From Chara braunii (lineage: Eukaryota > Plantae > Charophyceae): a stretch of 64,000 nt of DNA. The stretch lies in assembly GCA_003427395.1 (NCBI GenBank), contig BFEA01000004.1, positions 3,752,334-3,816,333 on the forward strand, in the 5' to 3' direction. The position numbers and the translations under genes were made by a program. Of the stretch, positions 40,901 to 54,318 are shown in pieces (position 1 is the stretch's first letter; every line of letters begins with the position of its first letter). The notes under the pieces are model-generated. The model made no database searches. It worked only from the letters and a program-made list of their open reading frames with translations, and was not told where the DNA came from.

Positions 40901-42001
40901 ATAATCCAAGTAATATAACGGTAGCACCATGCCGTCCATCCGACCCGCACTCATAACACACAGGTTGGGGTGAGTCTAAAAATTCAGGGAAATCAGGTAA
41001 GTCACGCGAACAAATCTGAATCATCGCAAAATAGTGAAGATCGTCAGATATAGAATAAATAAATAATCCGGGGGTAAACCCGATCGTGAATAAATTGAGC
41101 AAAATTCCGCCGATCATCCGATAATCATGGCTTCTTTCTTCCTTCTTATCATTTTACTTATTTCTCCTTTTCCTTAATTCCATTATCGAAAATAACGAAA
41201 ATAAAAGCAATCCTGTCAAAATAAAATCCGATGGATTTCAATTAAATAACGAAAATTCTTTGTTTCCTTTTCTCTTTTTATTGCATTTGATCCTTTTTCT
41301 TATTTTTAAATATATTATCGAAATAATCAATAACTGACGGTAATCCCATTAAAAATTAAATATCGAAGATTTTAAATGAATTAATGAATATTCCGTTTTT
41401 TTTTCTTTTTTTTCTTTTTTTCTTTTTAATGAAACGCGAGGCTCCATTCTTGTGTCAGTTGGACAGCATAAAAGGACCTCGCCAAAACCTACTCTCAAAT
41501 TTCCGCCCCACGGCCAGTCGTGTCGGAAACAGGCTCGGAGCGGGCAGAAATGAGGTAGACAATAAGGTAGCCGTCAGGGCAGCGAAGCGGTAGTCCTTCT
41601 CTACAACTTCGAGGCCTAGCCTCAATGGTCGACACACCCAAAATTAGGGGTGCCATGAGTTCCCTTAATCTCCGGCGCCTGGTCAGTCCAGTGTATTGTC
41701 AAAACACGGACTTATTCCTGAGCCTAAGTCCCAAAACTGCCATTTTCAGGCGGCGCACTACTTGTGGCCGCCTGACAACGTTCAGCTGAATGATATAAAT
41801 TGTTATATCGTTTAAGAAGAACTGAATGATATCTAACAACAACAAGAATTGAAGGGTATCTAATGTTACGCTGAATGGTATAAATTGTTATATCCTCTTA
41901 GCCCTTTTAAAAACAATTTATACACCCCTACCCCCCCCTTGACGGCCAACTCGCAAAAAACGAAATGAGCCCAGATTTGGAGTCCTCAAGAGGACCGCAT
42001 A

Positions 42002-42044
<43 letters not shown>

Positions 42045-42159
42045 ACGCTCAAATACCCCGGGCGTCAGACCCCGCCGGGTGCCCGTCCGGGCAGGACCGG
42101 CCGGGCGTGAGAATCTTCCTAGTATTCTGTACTCATCTTTGTATACATTTTGAAAGTTA

Positions 42160-42480
42160 TTTTACCTACCGGAAGCGCTGCCAAAATTTCTCTAAATATA
42201 CGGAGTTAGTTAAATTTTGTCTTTGCAAGAACTTAAAGATTTATTTTGAGTTTTTATCTGACTTAATATAAATCTAAAAAGTCTCTTTCTCTGAAGGAGA
42301 TGCTGCCCAATTTTTTACTAATTCAGGGAGTTAGACAAAATTTGACTCTATAGAGTTGAAGAACTATTTAAGTTTCCATATTCAGACAAATGTAAATTAT
42401 GAGAAGGTACTTTTCCTACGGGAAGCGCTGCCGAAATTTTCTTAGTTTAAAGGAGTTAGATTGTATTTTGACAAGTGTCA
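42160..42480 (+). repeat. 125-bp tandem repeat, about 3 copies
   Basis: GGAAGCGCTGCCRAAATTT...GGAGTTAG at 42171, 42296 and 42421. Confidence 0.75.
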
Positions 42481-42661
42481 ATTCTGACAATCCACCCTGT
42501 GTACGAGAGATTCTGTCAAGGTTTACCTTTTTGGGGGCATTGACTTAGAGGTAGACTTAGACTTAGTGACCAGAAGAATCTTAGGTGAGAATGTGTTTTG
42601 GAGAATTATTTTTCACACACTGATAGTCTAACCATGGGCATTAACCTGTTTTGTGTTACAG

Positions 42662-44298
42662 GCCTTCTTTGGACAGTTCAATTCAAGATTTGGACTAGTT
42701 TCAGCTTGATCCCACAAGGATCATCTTCTGTTATCACTCGTAATAGGTTGGTTGTCGATTCGTCGATTTATGATTAAACTCTAATGCACTCTTGCCAACT
42801 CAACCTAAAGGCTTTTAACCTTGTGGTTTGAATTATTTCGTTGGGTTTTTACCCGAACTTTATTGAATGGTTATCTAACAAAGATGCTGAGTATTTTATT
42901 ATGCAAGGTTGGATAAAGGTTGAGACTTGTATGGCTAAAGCGAGGGGTGTGAGTGCAAAGAGTGGTTAAAGTTGACCCCGTGTAGTGCATGGACTTTGGT
43001 TGAATCTTTGATGTGATTGCGGGTATGTTTTTTTGGTTCGGGCTCTGGATTTGACTGCCCGCAATCACACACATGTACATATGGTTGAGGAGAGTCCCAC
43101 TGAGATTGTGAGAAGTGATCGTCTCATATTAATAACTATATATATATATATATATTTATATATATTCAGCCTCTTGATGAGTCGGTGAAACTCCGACGAA
43201 ACAGTTTGTCACAGCCCCTCGTTTGTTGCCCTCTTCTCTCTCTCTGCCTACGGTTTACCGAGCAGTTCTGTTTGTGACGATATATATATATGTGTGTGCC
43301 TTGAGTGTTCGTGCGGCCTATTACGACCGTGCGCAAGGGTTTAACATATTATGTTTCTGAGAGAAAAACGAGACTCATTTTTACCTTTTGCTTTTTTTAG
43401 AGTTATTGTCGTTGGACGTTGGAGTCCGTGGCAGCTGTCAAAGTCAAACCCTTTTATTTCTCTCCAAGCCCCGGATGATGGAGTTTGCCTCCAAAACCAC
43501 AAAAACCGACTGTCACCATGGGCATGAACCTGTGTACCACCCACTCTCCGCAGGGTGCAAAAGAGGGTGTGTTTTTCAGTCGCATAGGCGGTTGTCTAGC
43601 GTCAAGAGTTTAACCCTCAAGGCGCGTATATGCGACCCTCGAGATCATCGAGGACCGCGTAATTATGAGTACTACCTGATACTTCATTGTTGCGACTGCT
43701 TGCGTACGCTTGCATTGCTAGTCGATATGAGTAAGCCCTGCGCCCGCTCGGTCTTATATTAAGTCTCGCGCACAACGCCCAACCAATTTATGTGTTAGAA
43801 GGTTCTGGGTTGGATACTGAAGGGACTGCGAGTGTTTTGTTTTGTGTTTTTTTTTTTAATTTTAAGTTCTTAGCGTGGTCTAACACGTAGTGAGTGAGAT
43901 GCATCCTAGTTAATCGACGACGAGTCAAGCTTGGGACTTCAGCCCCCCAACGCGTCGGTTCGCATGCGGGTCCAATAGTGGCGTAGGACCGCACGTACCC
44001 CCTATGCTACAACGTACAAGAAACACCCTCGACTGCCCCACTTCTGCGATTGCAACTGATTAGCTTTCGTATTGTGGACTGGTAGCTCGGTGGGATACGC
44101 TCACCGAAGGGAGGTGACAGCTCCCCAAAGGTGGAGGTAAGTTGTACCTCGCGTAGACCCTATCTTGTCATAGGGGCTTTCGAGAGGTATGACTGGTGCA
44201 CTCAGGCGGAGCGGCTACAAAAGTTTCATTTGTACCATCACCAAATCCTGCATGACACGGCCAGGAGGGTTCTCCCTGCGGGACCGATGCGCTCGACA
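42662..44298 (+). mobile_element. E-related module, distal part ending ...GCGCTCGACA
   Basis: Inverted homolog (~70-75%) of 27455-28994. Confidence 0.8.
43166..43279 (+). ncRNA. Hammerhead-ribozyme-like relic in a ~114-bp insertion into (TA)n (possible Penelope-like element fragment)
   Basis: TTGATGA-GTCGG(tgaaact)CCGAC-GAAAC-agttt-GTC at 43174-43210. The insertion is absent from the paralog at ~28515. Stem I is not intact. Confidence 0.55.
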
Positions 44299-44319
44299 GC
44301 GCCGTTGCTGAAGCAGCGC

Positions 44320-45058
44320 GCACCACTCCACCACACACCACTTGCAGAAAAGAGAAACAAATATGGCAGTGTACCTTTCCATGTTCTAGCCGAAGATTCA
44401 CGAGAAGGGGGTAAGGCCTCTCGTGGGATAATCGAGTCTGCCGCTTGATGTTCCGCCAAGATTCAAATTGTGGCTTGTGTTGCAAAAGCTTGAAGGAAGA
44501 TGTCAACAGATGGGCCGTTTATGTAAGTTCGTCGGTGTTTTTTTTTTTTTTTTTTTTNNNNNNNNNNNNNNNNNNNNNNNNNNNNNNNNNNNNNNNNNNN
44601 NNNNNNNNNNNNNNNNNNNNNNNNNNNNNNNNNNNNNNNNNNNNNNNNNNNNNNNNNNNNNNNNNNNNNNNNNNNNNNNNNNNNNNNNNNNNNNNNNNNN
44701 NNNNNNNNNNNNNNNNNNNNNNNNNNNNNNNNNNNNNNNNNNNNNNNNNNNNNNNNAAAAACTAAAGAAAAAAGGAAACAAGGCAACTACCTCGTAGATA
44801 AGAAACAACCACCTTCGTTGTGCGGGAGCACGACTACCATCTCCCCTCGAATATAACACCTATGCATTGTATTCGAGTTTTCCAAAAAACGGGTTTCTGG
44901 AAAGTTAGACTTTTCTCTTTGAATACAAGGTCACTTCTGGAAAGTAACACCTATGCATTGTATTCGAATATAGCCTTTTTTCCCCCGAAGGTCAACGCCT
45001 GCTCCGTTTCTGAGCGGGACAGGCCCATACAGGCCCATAATCACAAATTACTGTCCGT

Positions 45059-45113
<55 letters not shown>

Positions 45114-45673
45114 GTGTGACGGCGCTTCTAACAGCCAAGAAAGTAGAAAAATAAAAAAGCCACTCACCAAGGTCTCGCTGCACTACCGAGGTCACCGAGA
45201 CAAAAAAAAAAAGGTTGTATTTGTCCACGGTCTAGCGGAAGATTCATTCGCATTTTGCACATTTGTTGAGGACTGGAGCAAGGGCCCAAGTAGGGGAAAG
45301 GAATGAAACTTGACCCAGAACATGGAAAGGTACCTCGCTACTTTACTTTTACCTTAACGAAAACAACGCATAGTATGCGTTGTATTCGTTTACAATGCAT
45401 ATGCCTTATGTTTGGGGGAAGACAACGCTCCCACTACGTCAAGGCACGAATATTCTCACGACGTGCGTGCAGTTGGAAAAAGGTTGGCGGGGGGAGGAGT
45501 GAGAGAGAACGAGGGAGGCTATGGACGGAAGGAGTCAGAGGACCTACCTCACCCAACCTGCCAATTGCCCCCCCGTTCTCAGGGGAGGGCAGAGGAAAAT
45601 GAGGGGGCGTTGTTGCATCCTACAACATGCACCTGGCTAAGGTAAGGGTTAGTTGCAGTGTAGTTAGAGTTAG

Positions 45674-45704
<31 letters not shown>

Positions 45705-48457
45705 CATTCTCGTGAGGACACTCGTCCTCACGAGGTGCTACCTCTGACAGAAAGTACCAGAGGTAACTGTCAGGCTCCCGTTTTGAATAGGAGTCTGGAA
45801 ATTGAAGGGTTAAAAAAGAAAAGGTCAAGTACAACCTTTTTCCTTGACGTATTTACCTTGGGAAACAAGGTTATATACATCAAACTGAAAGGGGTTGTAT
45901 CTCTCCAACCCCTTATCAGAAAAATAAAAAAAAAATAGTTTTAATAATGTCATGATCTCAACTATCACGTGAAATTATGAGATAAATGAGATAAAGAAAA
46001 AAAAAATTATAAGTCGGTCAGTTAAAGAAAATGGCCCCTCTAAGGTTGTGGTTGTCTTGCGGCCACAATTGACCTTTGATCTTGGAAAAATCAAGGGCTC
46101 ACTGTGAGCCCGCGATTTTGCATGAGGGCTAGAGTGACAGCCCTCCTTAGCCATATGGGCTGTTGGAGAGGCTGCCGGAGGCAACAAGGGAGGAAGCTGG
46201 AGGTCTGCAATGGAGTTTAGAGGAGGAGGAGGACGGCCATAGCCAGGGTAGGGAGCACTCTGCTTCACTTCCCTCTGGCTAGTACTGGTCCGGTGGAGCA
46301 GTCCTTAAGACTCTCCGAGACCAAGGTGGCACGACAGAAGGTTGTTTTGGGCCTGAATTTTTTCCAGGACCCGGATTTTATTAATTTGACGATGGTTTTC
46401 AACGGCACCAACGGACTTAAGGGCACACTAGTGGAGGTGTCGTTGGACTAATTGCGGCAAGCTGATTTCTCACTCTTGTGGGGTTATGCTGCCAATTGTT
46501 TCTGGCGTGAATTTTGCGGTATTATGTTGCCGAAATTGGGGGTCGTCAGGCAACGCTAAGTGGAAGGAAAGTGTTGGATTATTTTTGGTATATCGAGGGA
46601 CTCGCCATCAACGTCATCAGGAGGGGTGAAATGCAATGAGACTGTTGTGACGACATGGGGAGCACCGAGATCTGTGGTTCATTTATGCTTGTGGACTACG
46701 TTAGTTAGAGTGAGGGTGTCGGCGATAGTCTGTCGATTGGACCAGGCTTGTCAAGGTGGAATGGCAAACCGTTTCTTTTGTGCTTGCAATGACGGTACTG
46801 AGGTCATTGGCATTGGCCTAGTGGGATCCTTAAGGACTGGCGGGGCATGTGACTAGGACGGGCGGTGCCGGGGGAGGTTGCTCTCGCGGTTTTTTTTTTT
46901 TGTGAGGCGTGATGGAAATGGTTTTGGTGGGTGATATCATCTGGTGTTCGAAGGAATAGTGCAAGACTACCTAGGACCACTTGAGACTAGTTAGCATTGG
47001 CGTGAGGCCAGTGGACTTTATGTTTTTTAGGACGTGTGAGGCTCACCATTTTCACACTTGGGGCTACCGTGAGTGAAACGTGCGAGTAGAGGGTGAATTG
47101 ATGTCATTGCTTGGCCTGGGACTTACCTTGGGACTATGCTTTTTCTTGGGTGGTGCGTATATATATTTTCCTTGACTTTCTTGAGTGAGTTGGGGCGTGT
47201 TTGACACCTTCAGTCAAGGTCAGTCGGCGACTCGGTTTCCTTTCCACACATGTATGAGCCCACACTTTGCTTGACCCTGTTTGGCTTGAACATTCAAAAG
47301 AAAAACTTGAGTAAAGCGTGTATGCTCATGCATGCGAAAAAGTGGGATCTAACGTGAGTATGAGTTGCTATATCTTCTGGACTTGTGGTTGTTTTTTAGT
47401 GTGCCGGTAGGTAGAGTGATGTTTGCAAAGGAGATTGGTTTATGCCTATTTAGGACAAAAGAAAATGATTGTTATTGTTTTACCTTTCATCAACCTACAT
47501 GTCAAAAACACTTACATTTTGAAGTGGATAAGTTCAACAGGTACCGTTAACAAAAATTCGTGAATATAATGAAGATAAAAAATTGGACTTAGCATTTCCC
47601 TGACGTGTATCCATTCTACCCCAAATGATCTTATTTGTCTATACCCGTCCAAATGATTTTCATTTTCTACCACCTCTAATTTTGTTCTTCTAAGTTACCT
47701 TAAACTTACAAAAAAACAAGAAGAATTCAAATCTATACACGGTGGACAAGTTTTCACTCTATGAAGAATCAGGGGTGGAGGTTCGTTGCTTTATAAACCG
47801 TCCCTGTTATCGACCCTTAGTGGACTGTTCTACGGAGGGGTACTTCGTCGATTCGGTGCAGACGGTCCGACTCCTGAGATCAGAGTTTTGTGCGTGGGTG
47901 AGGAGAAGGAGTACCCCAGACCACTTCCTAAAGGGTGAGACATGCAACACTTCAGGTAGCACACCTAATCAAGAATCATTTGCAAAACAGTTGGTCATCA
48001 AAGAACATGAGAAACGTATGAAGATGGATATGTGTGTTTAATCTTAAGTCGACAATTGGTTGAAATGAATGACTTTGGCAACGCACCTCATCAAGTCCAA
48101 ACTAAGGCAGACCAACTACCTTGTCAGCTACATTGAGGTTATTGTCGGAGTCAACTCCTCGTTGGCAACTCAGTATGATTTTTTTTACATATGGACTTCG
48201 ACCTGAGGTGGTCGTTTTTTTTTTGTTATTGGATGTACCATATGATGATTCGATTTCTTTCAGCTATCATTTCATATTGGATATACTTTCCTATCGACTA
48301 CAATCGATTCCTTTTGATGTAATTATGTGTGGTTGTTATAACTTTTTTTTTACTATTGTCTAAAGGGACTAGGATTGAGTTGGGGGGTTTACACTTGGTT
48401 GGAACGTTCATAGCCGACCGACGTCCGCTTTGTACTTAGGAGATCGGCGCTCTAAGA
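44320..48457 (+). mobile_element. Module XY, copy A (4.1 kb)
   Basis: Direct homolog (~80%) of 48458-49537 + 57127-58238 + 59712-59990; supplies the empty sites for two insertions. Confidence 0.75.
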
Positions 48458-48808
48458 GACACCACTCCACCACACACCACTTGCAGAAAAGACAAAAAAA
48501 TATGGCAGTGTACCTTCCCATGTTCTAGTCGAAGATTCACGTGAAGGGGGCAAGGTTTCTCATGGGATAAGCGAGTTTGTTGCTGCATCATCCGTCTGGA
48601 TTCAAATTGTTTGTTGCACAATTTGAGGGAAGTTGTTAACGGATGGGTCGTTAAGGTAAGTTTGCCGTTTTTTTTTCTGTTTTTTTTTTATTATCGTTTT
48701 TTACAATCCTCCCGTTTTGCGGGTGTTTTTAGGCGTTGAGAGTGAGAAGCGGGGAGGGGAAAAGACTGCAGCGAGTTGTAGCATTGTAGTTGAAAGAAAA
48801 TCGTAAAA

Positions 48809-48839
<31 letters not shown>

Positions 48840-50134
48840 TCTCGTGGATTATAAACAATCATTTTGGGTGTGCGAGAGCACGAGTAGCTTCCACTATGAT
48901 AAGGCATGAATATTCGTGGCTGCAAGATTTTGGATCTCGTGGCTTACGAAGCGCGAGTGATTGGAAGAAGGTTGGAGATGGAAGAGTGAGAGAGAACGAG
49001 GGAGGCTAGGAAATGGAAGACCTACCTTACCCAACCTGCCATCTACCTGCCCCGTTTTCATACGAGGGCAAAGGAAAATGAGGTGGGGTTGTTGCATGCA
49101 ACAACATGCACCTGGCTAAGTAAGGGTCAGGTGCAGTGTAGTTAGAATTAGTTTTATTTTATTTTTTCTTTTGTTTATTTTTCTTTATTTTGTTGTATTC
49201 TCATGAGGACACTTGTCCTCAAGAGGTGCCACCTCTGACATAGGTAACTGTTAGGCTCCGGTTTTTAGAGGGAGCCTGGAAATTGAAGGGTCAAAAAGGA
49301 AAAGGCTAAGTACAACCATTTCCTTGATATATCTCCCTTGGAAAACAGGGTCAGATACATCAAACTGAAAGAGGTTGTATCTTTTCAACTCCTTATAAAA
49401 AAAAAAGAAAAAAAATAGTTTTGAAAATGTCATGATCTCAGCTATCTCGTGAAATTCGGAGATGGTTGAGATAAAGAAAAAAAAAATAAAAGTGGGGCAG
49501 TTAAAGAAATTGTCCCCACTAAGGTTATGGCTCACGTTGTCGCACTTTTTTCTAATCGGGTCACTTCTGACGACCAGAAAGTCAACAGGCTATCACGTAG
49601 GATTTTGTTGTTTGTATGCAATAAAAGTAAATAAAATTAATTAACGCAATTTCGTCCTTTTGTGTGCGTTCGACTTCGAGCAAGACCCTTCAATTGCGGT
49701 CTTAGCCGGTTCCCGGTCTTAGGAATCTTTTATTTTGATTCGGAACAACAAAGATTATGCAAACAATAATCATGAGTTTCCGGTGTGTCATGCATGCATC
49801 GATTTTGCCAATTTGCTAATTTTGATAATTGTTACAGGGTAATCAGATTGCACAATCATCAAACAAAATCAATGCAAATGATGCAAGACCGACTGATTCG
49901 AGCAATGACAAAAGTAAATGAGGAGAGAATGAAAACTCATAATAATCTCAAGAGGAGTACAAATGAAAAACAAGGCCAACACTAGTGAGGAGTCCTCACT
50001 CATCCCTCTAAAGTCTCATCATTAATCTTTCATTTGGTTGTACATTTCCTATATTTTGAGCCATGATTATGTACCCCCTGAGATTGTGACCTCTAAATGT
50101 AGAGTCACATGAAGCCTGCAAGCTTCAAACACTT

Positions 50135-50644
50135 TTAACCAAGTCCCATAATACGAAAATCAACCATAACACAAACCTTTTTCCATAGAGTACGGAGATA
50201 TGGTTGAGAAAAGACCCCTCGTCTGAGATGACGAAACTCTGACAGTTCGGTCACTGCCTCAGAATCAATTGCTGCAGGAGAGATATACCTCTTGGCTAGG
50301 TCCACCAAGCCATCCCAACATGAACCATTAGTGAGGGAGGAAGGTACCGGGGGTCTTGGGTAGTCAGTATAGAGTTTGGGCCCAAAGCTACGGATCAACT
50401 TCGGGCCACGCTCATCAAGTTCCCTCTCTTTCTCCTCAAGATATCTGGCGACTAAGATCCTGACTGAGTCGAATTGTTCATGAGTCTTTGCCTTTTTCAT
50501 GTAGGGTTTCAGATCAAGGATGGTGTCTGCTGCAAAACTGGTGAGAACTAAAAAAATAGACATGTCTCTCTGTCTGAAACCAACTGCACTGACATACCAA
50601 TACTGGACTGCATCCTTGAGGGCTATCTTGTTGAGACGATCCAA
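50135..50644 (-). CDS. Hypothetical protein (169-codon open frame) inside the 7.6-kb element
   Basis: Protein-like, non-repetitive composition. Starts at TTG, so it may be an exon or fragment. No domain recognised. Confidence 0.4.
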   Translation of the reverse strand: MDRLNKIALKDAVQYWYVSAVGFRQRDMSIFLVLTSFAADTILDLKPYMKKAKTHEQFDSVRILVARYLEEKERELDERGPKLIRSFGPKLYTDYPRPPVPSSLTNGSCWDGLVDLAKRYISPAAIDSEAVTELSEFRHLRRGVFSQPYLRTLWKKVCVMVDFRIMGLG

Positions 50645-53600
50645 AACAGACCCCTCGATTGGGGATGACTGAATTGTACTTATGTGCAGAAACGAACCCT
50701 GAAGTTGGACTCAACTTCTTAGGTGAGGGCACTTGTTGGCCGATTCTGATCTTCGTGTCTTTCGATGACGATGTTGTCTGATTGATACTAATCTCTGGGT
50801 CAAATGACAATGATTAAATGTTGATTGATTCTGACAAAGACTTTCGGGTAGCTTGAATGATTCGACGTTGTTGAATTGACAAGTCATTAAATGTTGTTCA
50901 CTTAATGGCAAAAATGCTAAGAGAAGTGCGGTCCACAGGGTGTCACTTGATAGATGAAAAGCTGGTGGGAAAGTTTGAGCATTTTTGTGCTCACTTAAGC
51001 CATAATTTGGCCTGCTCTATTGTTTCTGGGAATGAGTCAGTGTTGTGTAACTTACCGTCATGGCCATAAAAGTACAACGCATATTCTATGTATTTTTATT
51101 CCCTGACCATCCGGACTGTCTGTTCTCTCTAAGCCTGCCTATGTGAATTCATGTCTCGGCATGCGTCTTCTTTCCATCCCTCTCTCTTATCGCTGTTAAA
51201 TTTGACTTTCATCACTAGTACTCCGTCCTCTTTCATTATAGCCTTAATGGGAAATCCGGTTCAACGCCGGTCAAGAGAGGCATTGACTAGATAACACCTA
51301 TGTATAACGTCGGATGATTGAGAGTTGTGTAACAACCGGCTATCGATTCGTCAACCGCAGTCCTTCAGATATCAAATGAGGTTATGATGTGACGAGCGAT
51401 GCTTGCTGATTCATCCACCAGGGTGTGAGTGGATCACTCTCACCAAAGTTCATGGATTGACCTTCACTGACCGGAATGATGCAGTCATATAGATAGCTCT
51501 ACAGTCTTGGTTTTGGTGACACTCCACACACTTGATTGTGAACTAGTCCTCATGCAACGCAAAAACCTTCCTCTCCTTTTGGTTTTTAAAATAGTACAAT
51601 GTGGTCCACCTTTACGCCTTCCTACTTATCTTTTCTCTTTCGTCATATCACATAAGTTAATCACAAAATGTCCGCCCTTCCTTTCCCTCTTTTACTCTTC
51701 CAGTCTCACTTAGTTGGTCTTTTGAAATGAGATGTCAGAGGGTCTGAAGAGTGTCCAACCCTACCGTCAGTGACAGACTGCGAGCGTAAACTGTAGACCT
51801 TCAGAGTAGTTGGTCTGCTACCTGCGCACTTTAGTAGCCACTAGTTGCTGACGCAGTCAACAAAACATGCAGTAATTGGTTCACACTCGATTTGTATAGC
51901 GCCAGTCCCTTAGCAAACCCACCGCAAGGGCTCTCACGATTGTATGCTTTAAATAATTCAGGTCGCGGCTAGCCCTTCCTCAACAGGTGGTAATTCACAC
52001 GGGGACCGCGTCCTTTTGGATCATGTGAAAGGTAACAAGAGGAGTCAGCCATAGATCAACCTTGACACTGACCCAGTAACGATCTGCTCTTAAAGCGGTG
52101 TACGAATCCCCCTCCACCCAAAGTGTTAGTTTTAGCTAGGAGTGGGGCACGCTCGGAACAATGGATGCGCACGAGTAGCACTGAGTATTGCACTATCCAG
52201 ATTATAGTATACTTAAACGTAGAAGGGTACTTTTGAGAGTTTGTTGAGACCAGTACTAGGCTCCTTCACGCATAGTAGTACTGTCCAAAGCACTTTGTTT
52301 TAGGTAGCCCACACACAAATCAGTCACTCTGAATTCATTTGCCTCAACTGCAAGATATGTTCGCGTCCTTCATACCATTGCAGGGCTCGTCTCTTATCAC
52401 ACTTATTAAGGAAGCTCAGGGCACTTGACCTGACCAAACTCGACTCATTAGGTTAGATTGCAAGGTTACTCTGTACTTAACGCCAAGACTCCGGATGTGA
52501 GTTTTATTCTTGTTCAAGATTGTGAACGCAGAAGGCGTGCGCGCTTTAGTTGTAGCATCTTTGCCCCGTAGAGTACGGTCTATGTGTGACACATGACAAG
52601 ATCCCGAACACATCGAGTCACCGAGTGTGAACCCCACCCGCACTCATCATAAAGGGTTATCGAACATAATTATGTAGCACAGGTGGGTTATTAGATGCTA
52701 CCCCCATTCACACCACCCAGCGCGTTCTCCGTCCGTTTACCACATCGGGCATTTCCAACGCAACCCTTATTGGCTTATGGCGTAAGGGTCCAGCCAAGCG
52801 CTTTTCCCCAACTCATGTATAACGCGGGTTCCCGCTATGCAGTGTCTCTTGCCTATTCACCGCACGGAGCACAAACGAATCAACCCGTCGTTCACGTACC
52901 ATCAGTCACCGTCAAACAAAAACTTTGCAAGGAGGAAAGAGATTTTTCTGAACATCAATTTTTTTTCCCCCATCAACCAAATAGAGTGAAAACACAAGCA
53001 GATATCATCCCATTAAACCCATACACCTCCCAAATTAAACCGCCAGAGTTGGGCCTCCATTTGCTCTTACTGTAAGTAGCGATTGTACTGGTTTAATCAT
53101 ACCAGGACTGGTTCCACCTGACCGTAAGTAGCGAAATTACTGGTTTAATCCTACCAAGACTGGTTCCATCACTACTTCCTACCGGCAAAAGGATGCATGG
53201 CCATTACCAAGAACCTCAATCCCAACAACTTATCAGTCGAAGCTCGTCCTCCTTTTCGGACATCAGAGTTGAATAAAATAAAGAAAGGAGGAATGAAAAG
53301 GAAACAATACTTAGAGGGGAGGACTCAGAGCTCTGTAGTGACGGCCTGATCATTAATCCTCTCGCCACCTGTTGATCAACACTCCGAGAAAATAACTTTT
53401 CCCCTTTTTATCGGCGTTGGCTCTGCCGATTATGCTTAACACATGTGAAAAGCAGGCTTTTGGCTATTCTGACTCGTCAAACCGGACCCAGATATGTTTG
53501 ACATCTTGCCTTAGACGGAAGTGGGAGAGAAAATGAAAGGGAAGGTCGATATGACCATATTTAATGTGTTTCAAGGGATCAATCAAGAGTCTCGACACAT

Positions 53601-54318
53601 TTTAAAGGAAATGGGTTGCGTCCTGGTACATGACCACCCGTACACTCTAAAACTTCCCTCCTGCTCACGGCTCAACCAATGACTATTGTACACATGGGCG
53701 GATAGCATGACTCGTTAAGCCTCGTGACAAAAATGACAACACGTGTGGAAGTGACAACTCTAATTAGTCAGTTTTATGGGGTGCTCACGAAAATCTCGTC
53801 CTCATTCGACCCCATAGACTCAATCTTGCGATGTATTGCCTTTATAACTAACACATGCCTTAGTCCTCCTTGTTTGAACTAGGATTTCGCTTATGTCGTC
53901 ACACGTCTTGTATTTACGTGAAATACACCGAGTTGTCTGTGTTATTCCGCTGTCAACACCAATTACATCATCAAGCTTGGCCCAACCCCGCAGAGGTCGT
54001 CTCTGTCACTCACACCTGGTACAATCATCTGCTCTCCCCATCTCCACCAGTAATTACTACAAGGATTGCACACGTAGTGCCACATCAAGAAAGAGGGTGA
54101 AGGTATTACCACACACCCCCACTCGAGATGTCAACAGAACACACTTACTCTCGGTTCCTCAGGAAAACAGAATGTCATGTTCGTTCACCTCGTGTTAAAG
54201 ATTGCAGATAGCGTCATCTTACGGCTAGCGGATCACACAACAGACACATAAATCCAAATCAAAACATTGTCGACCACGAACTCAGATACACCCTTCTCCT
54301 ATAGTTCTTGTACACAAC

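Noticed and set aside
41629-41638. TCGACA-CACC as partner end and TSD for 27455 (CACC-TGTCGA)
   Set aside because: The right flank does not continue the known empty-site sequence, and a 9-mer match is plausible by chance.
41645-41930. hAT MITE with TAGGGGTG/CACCCCTA ends
   Set aside because: Only an 8-bp match and no TSD (CCCAAAAT vs CCCCCCCC).
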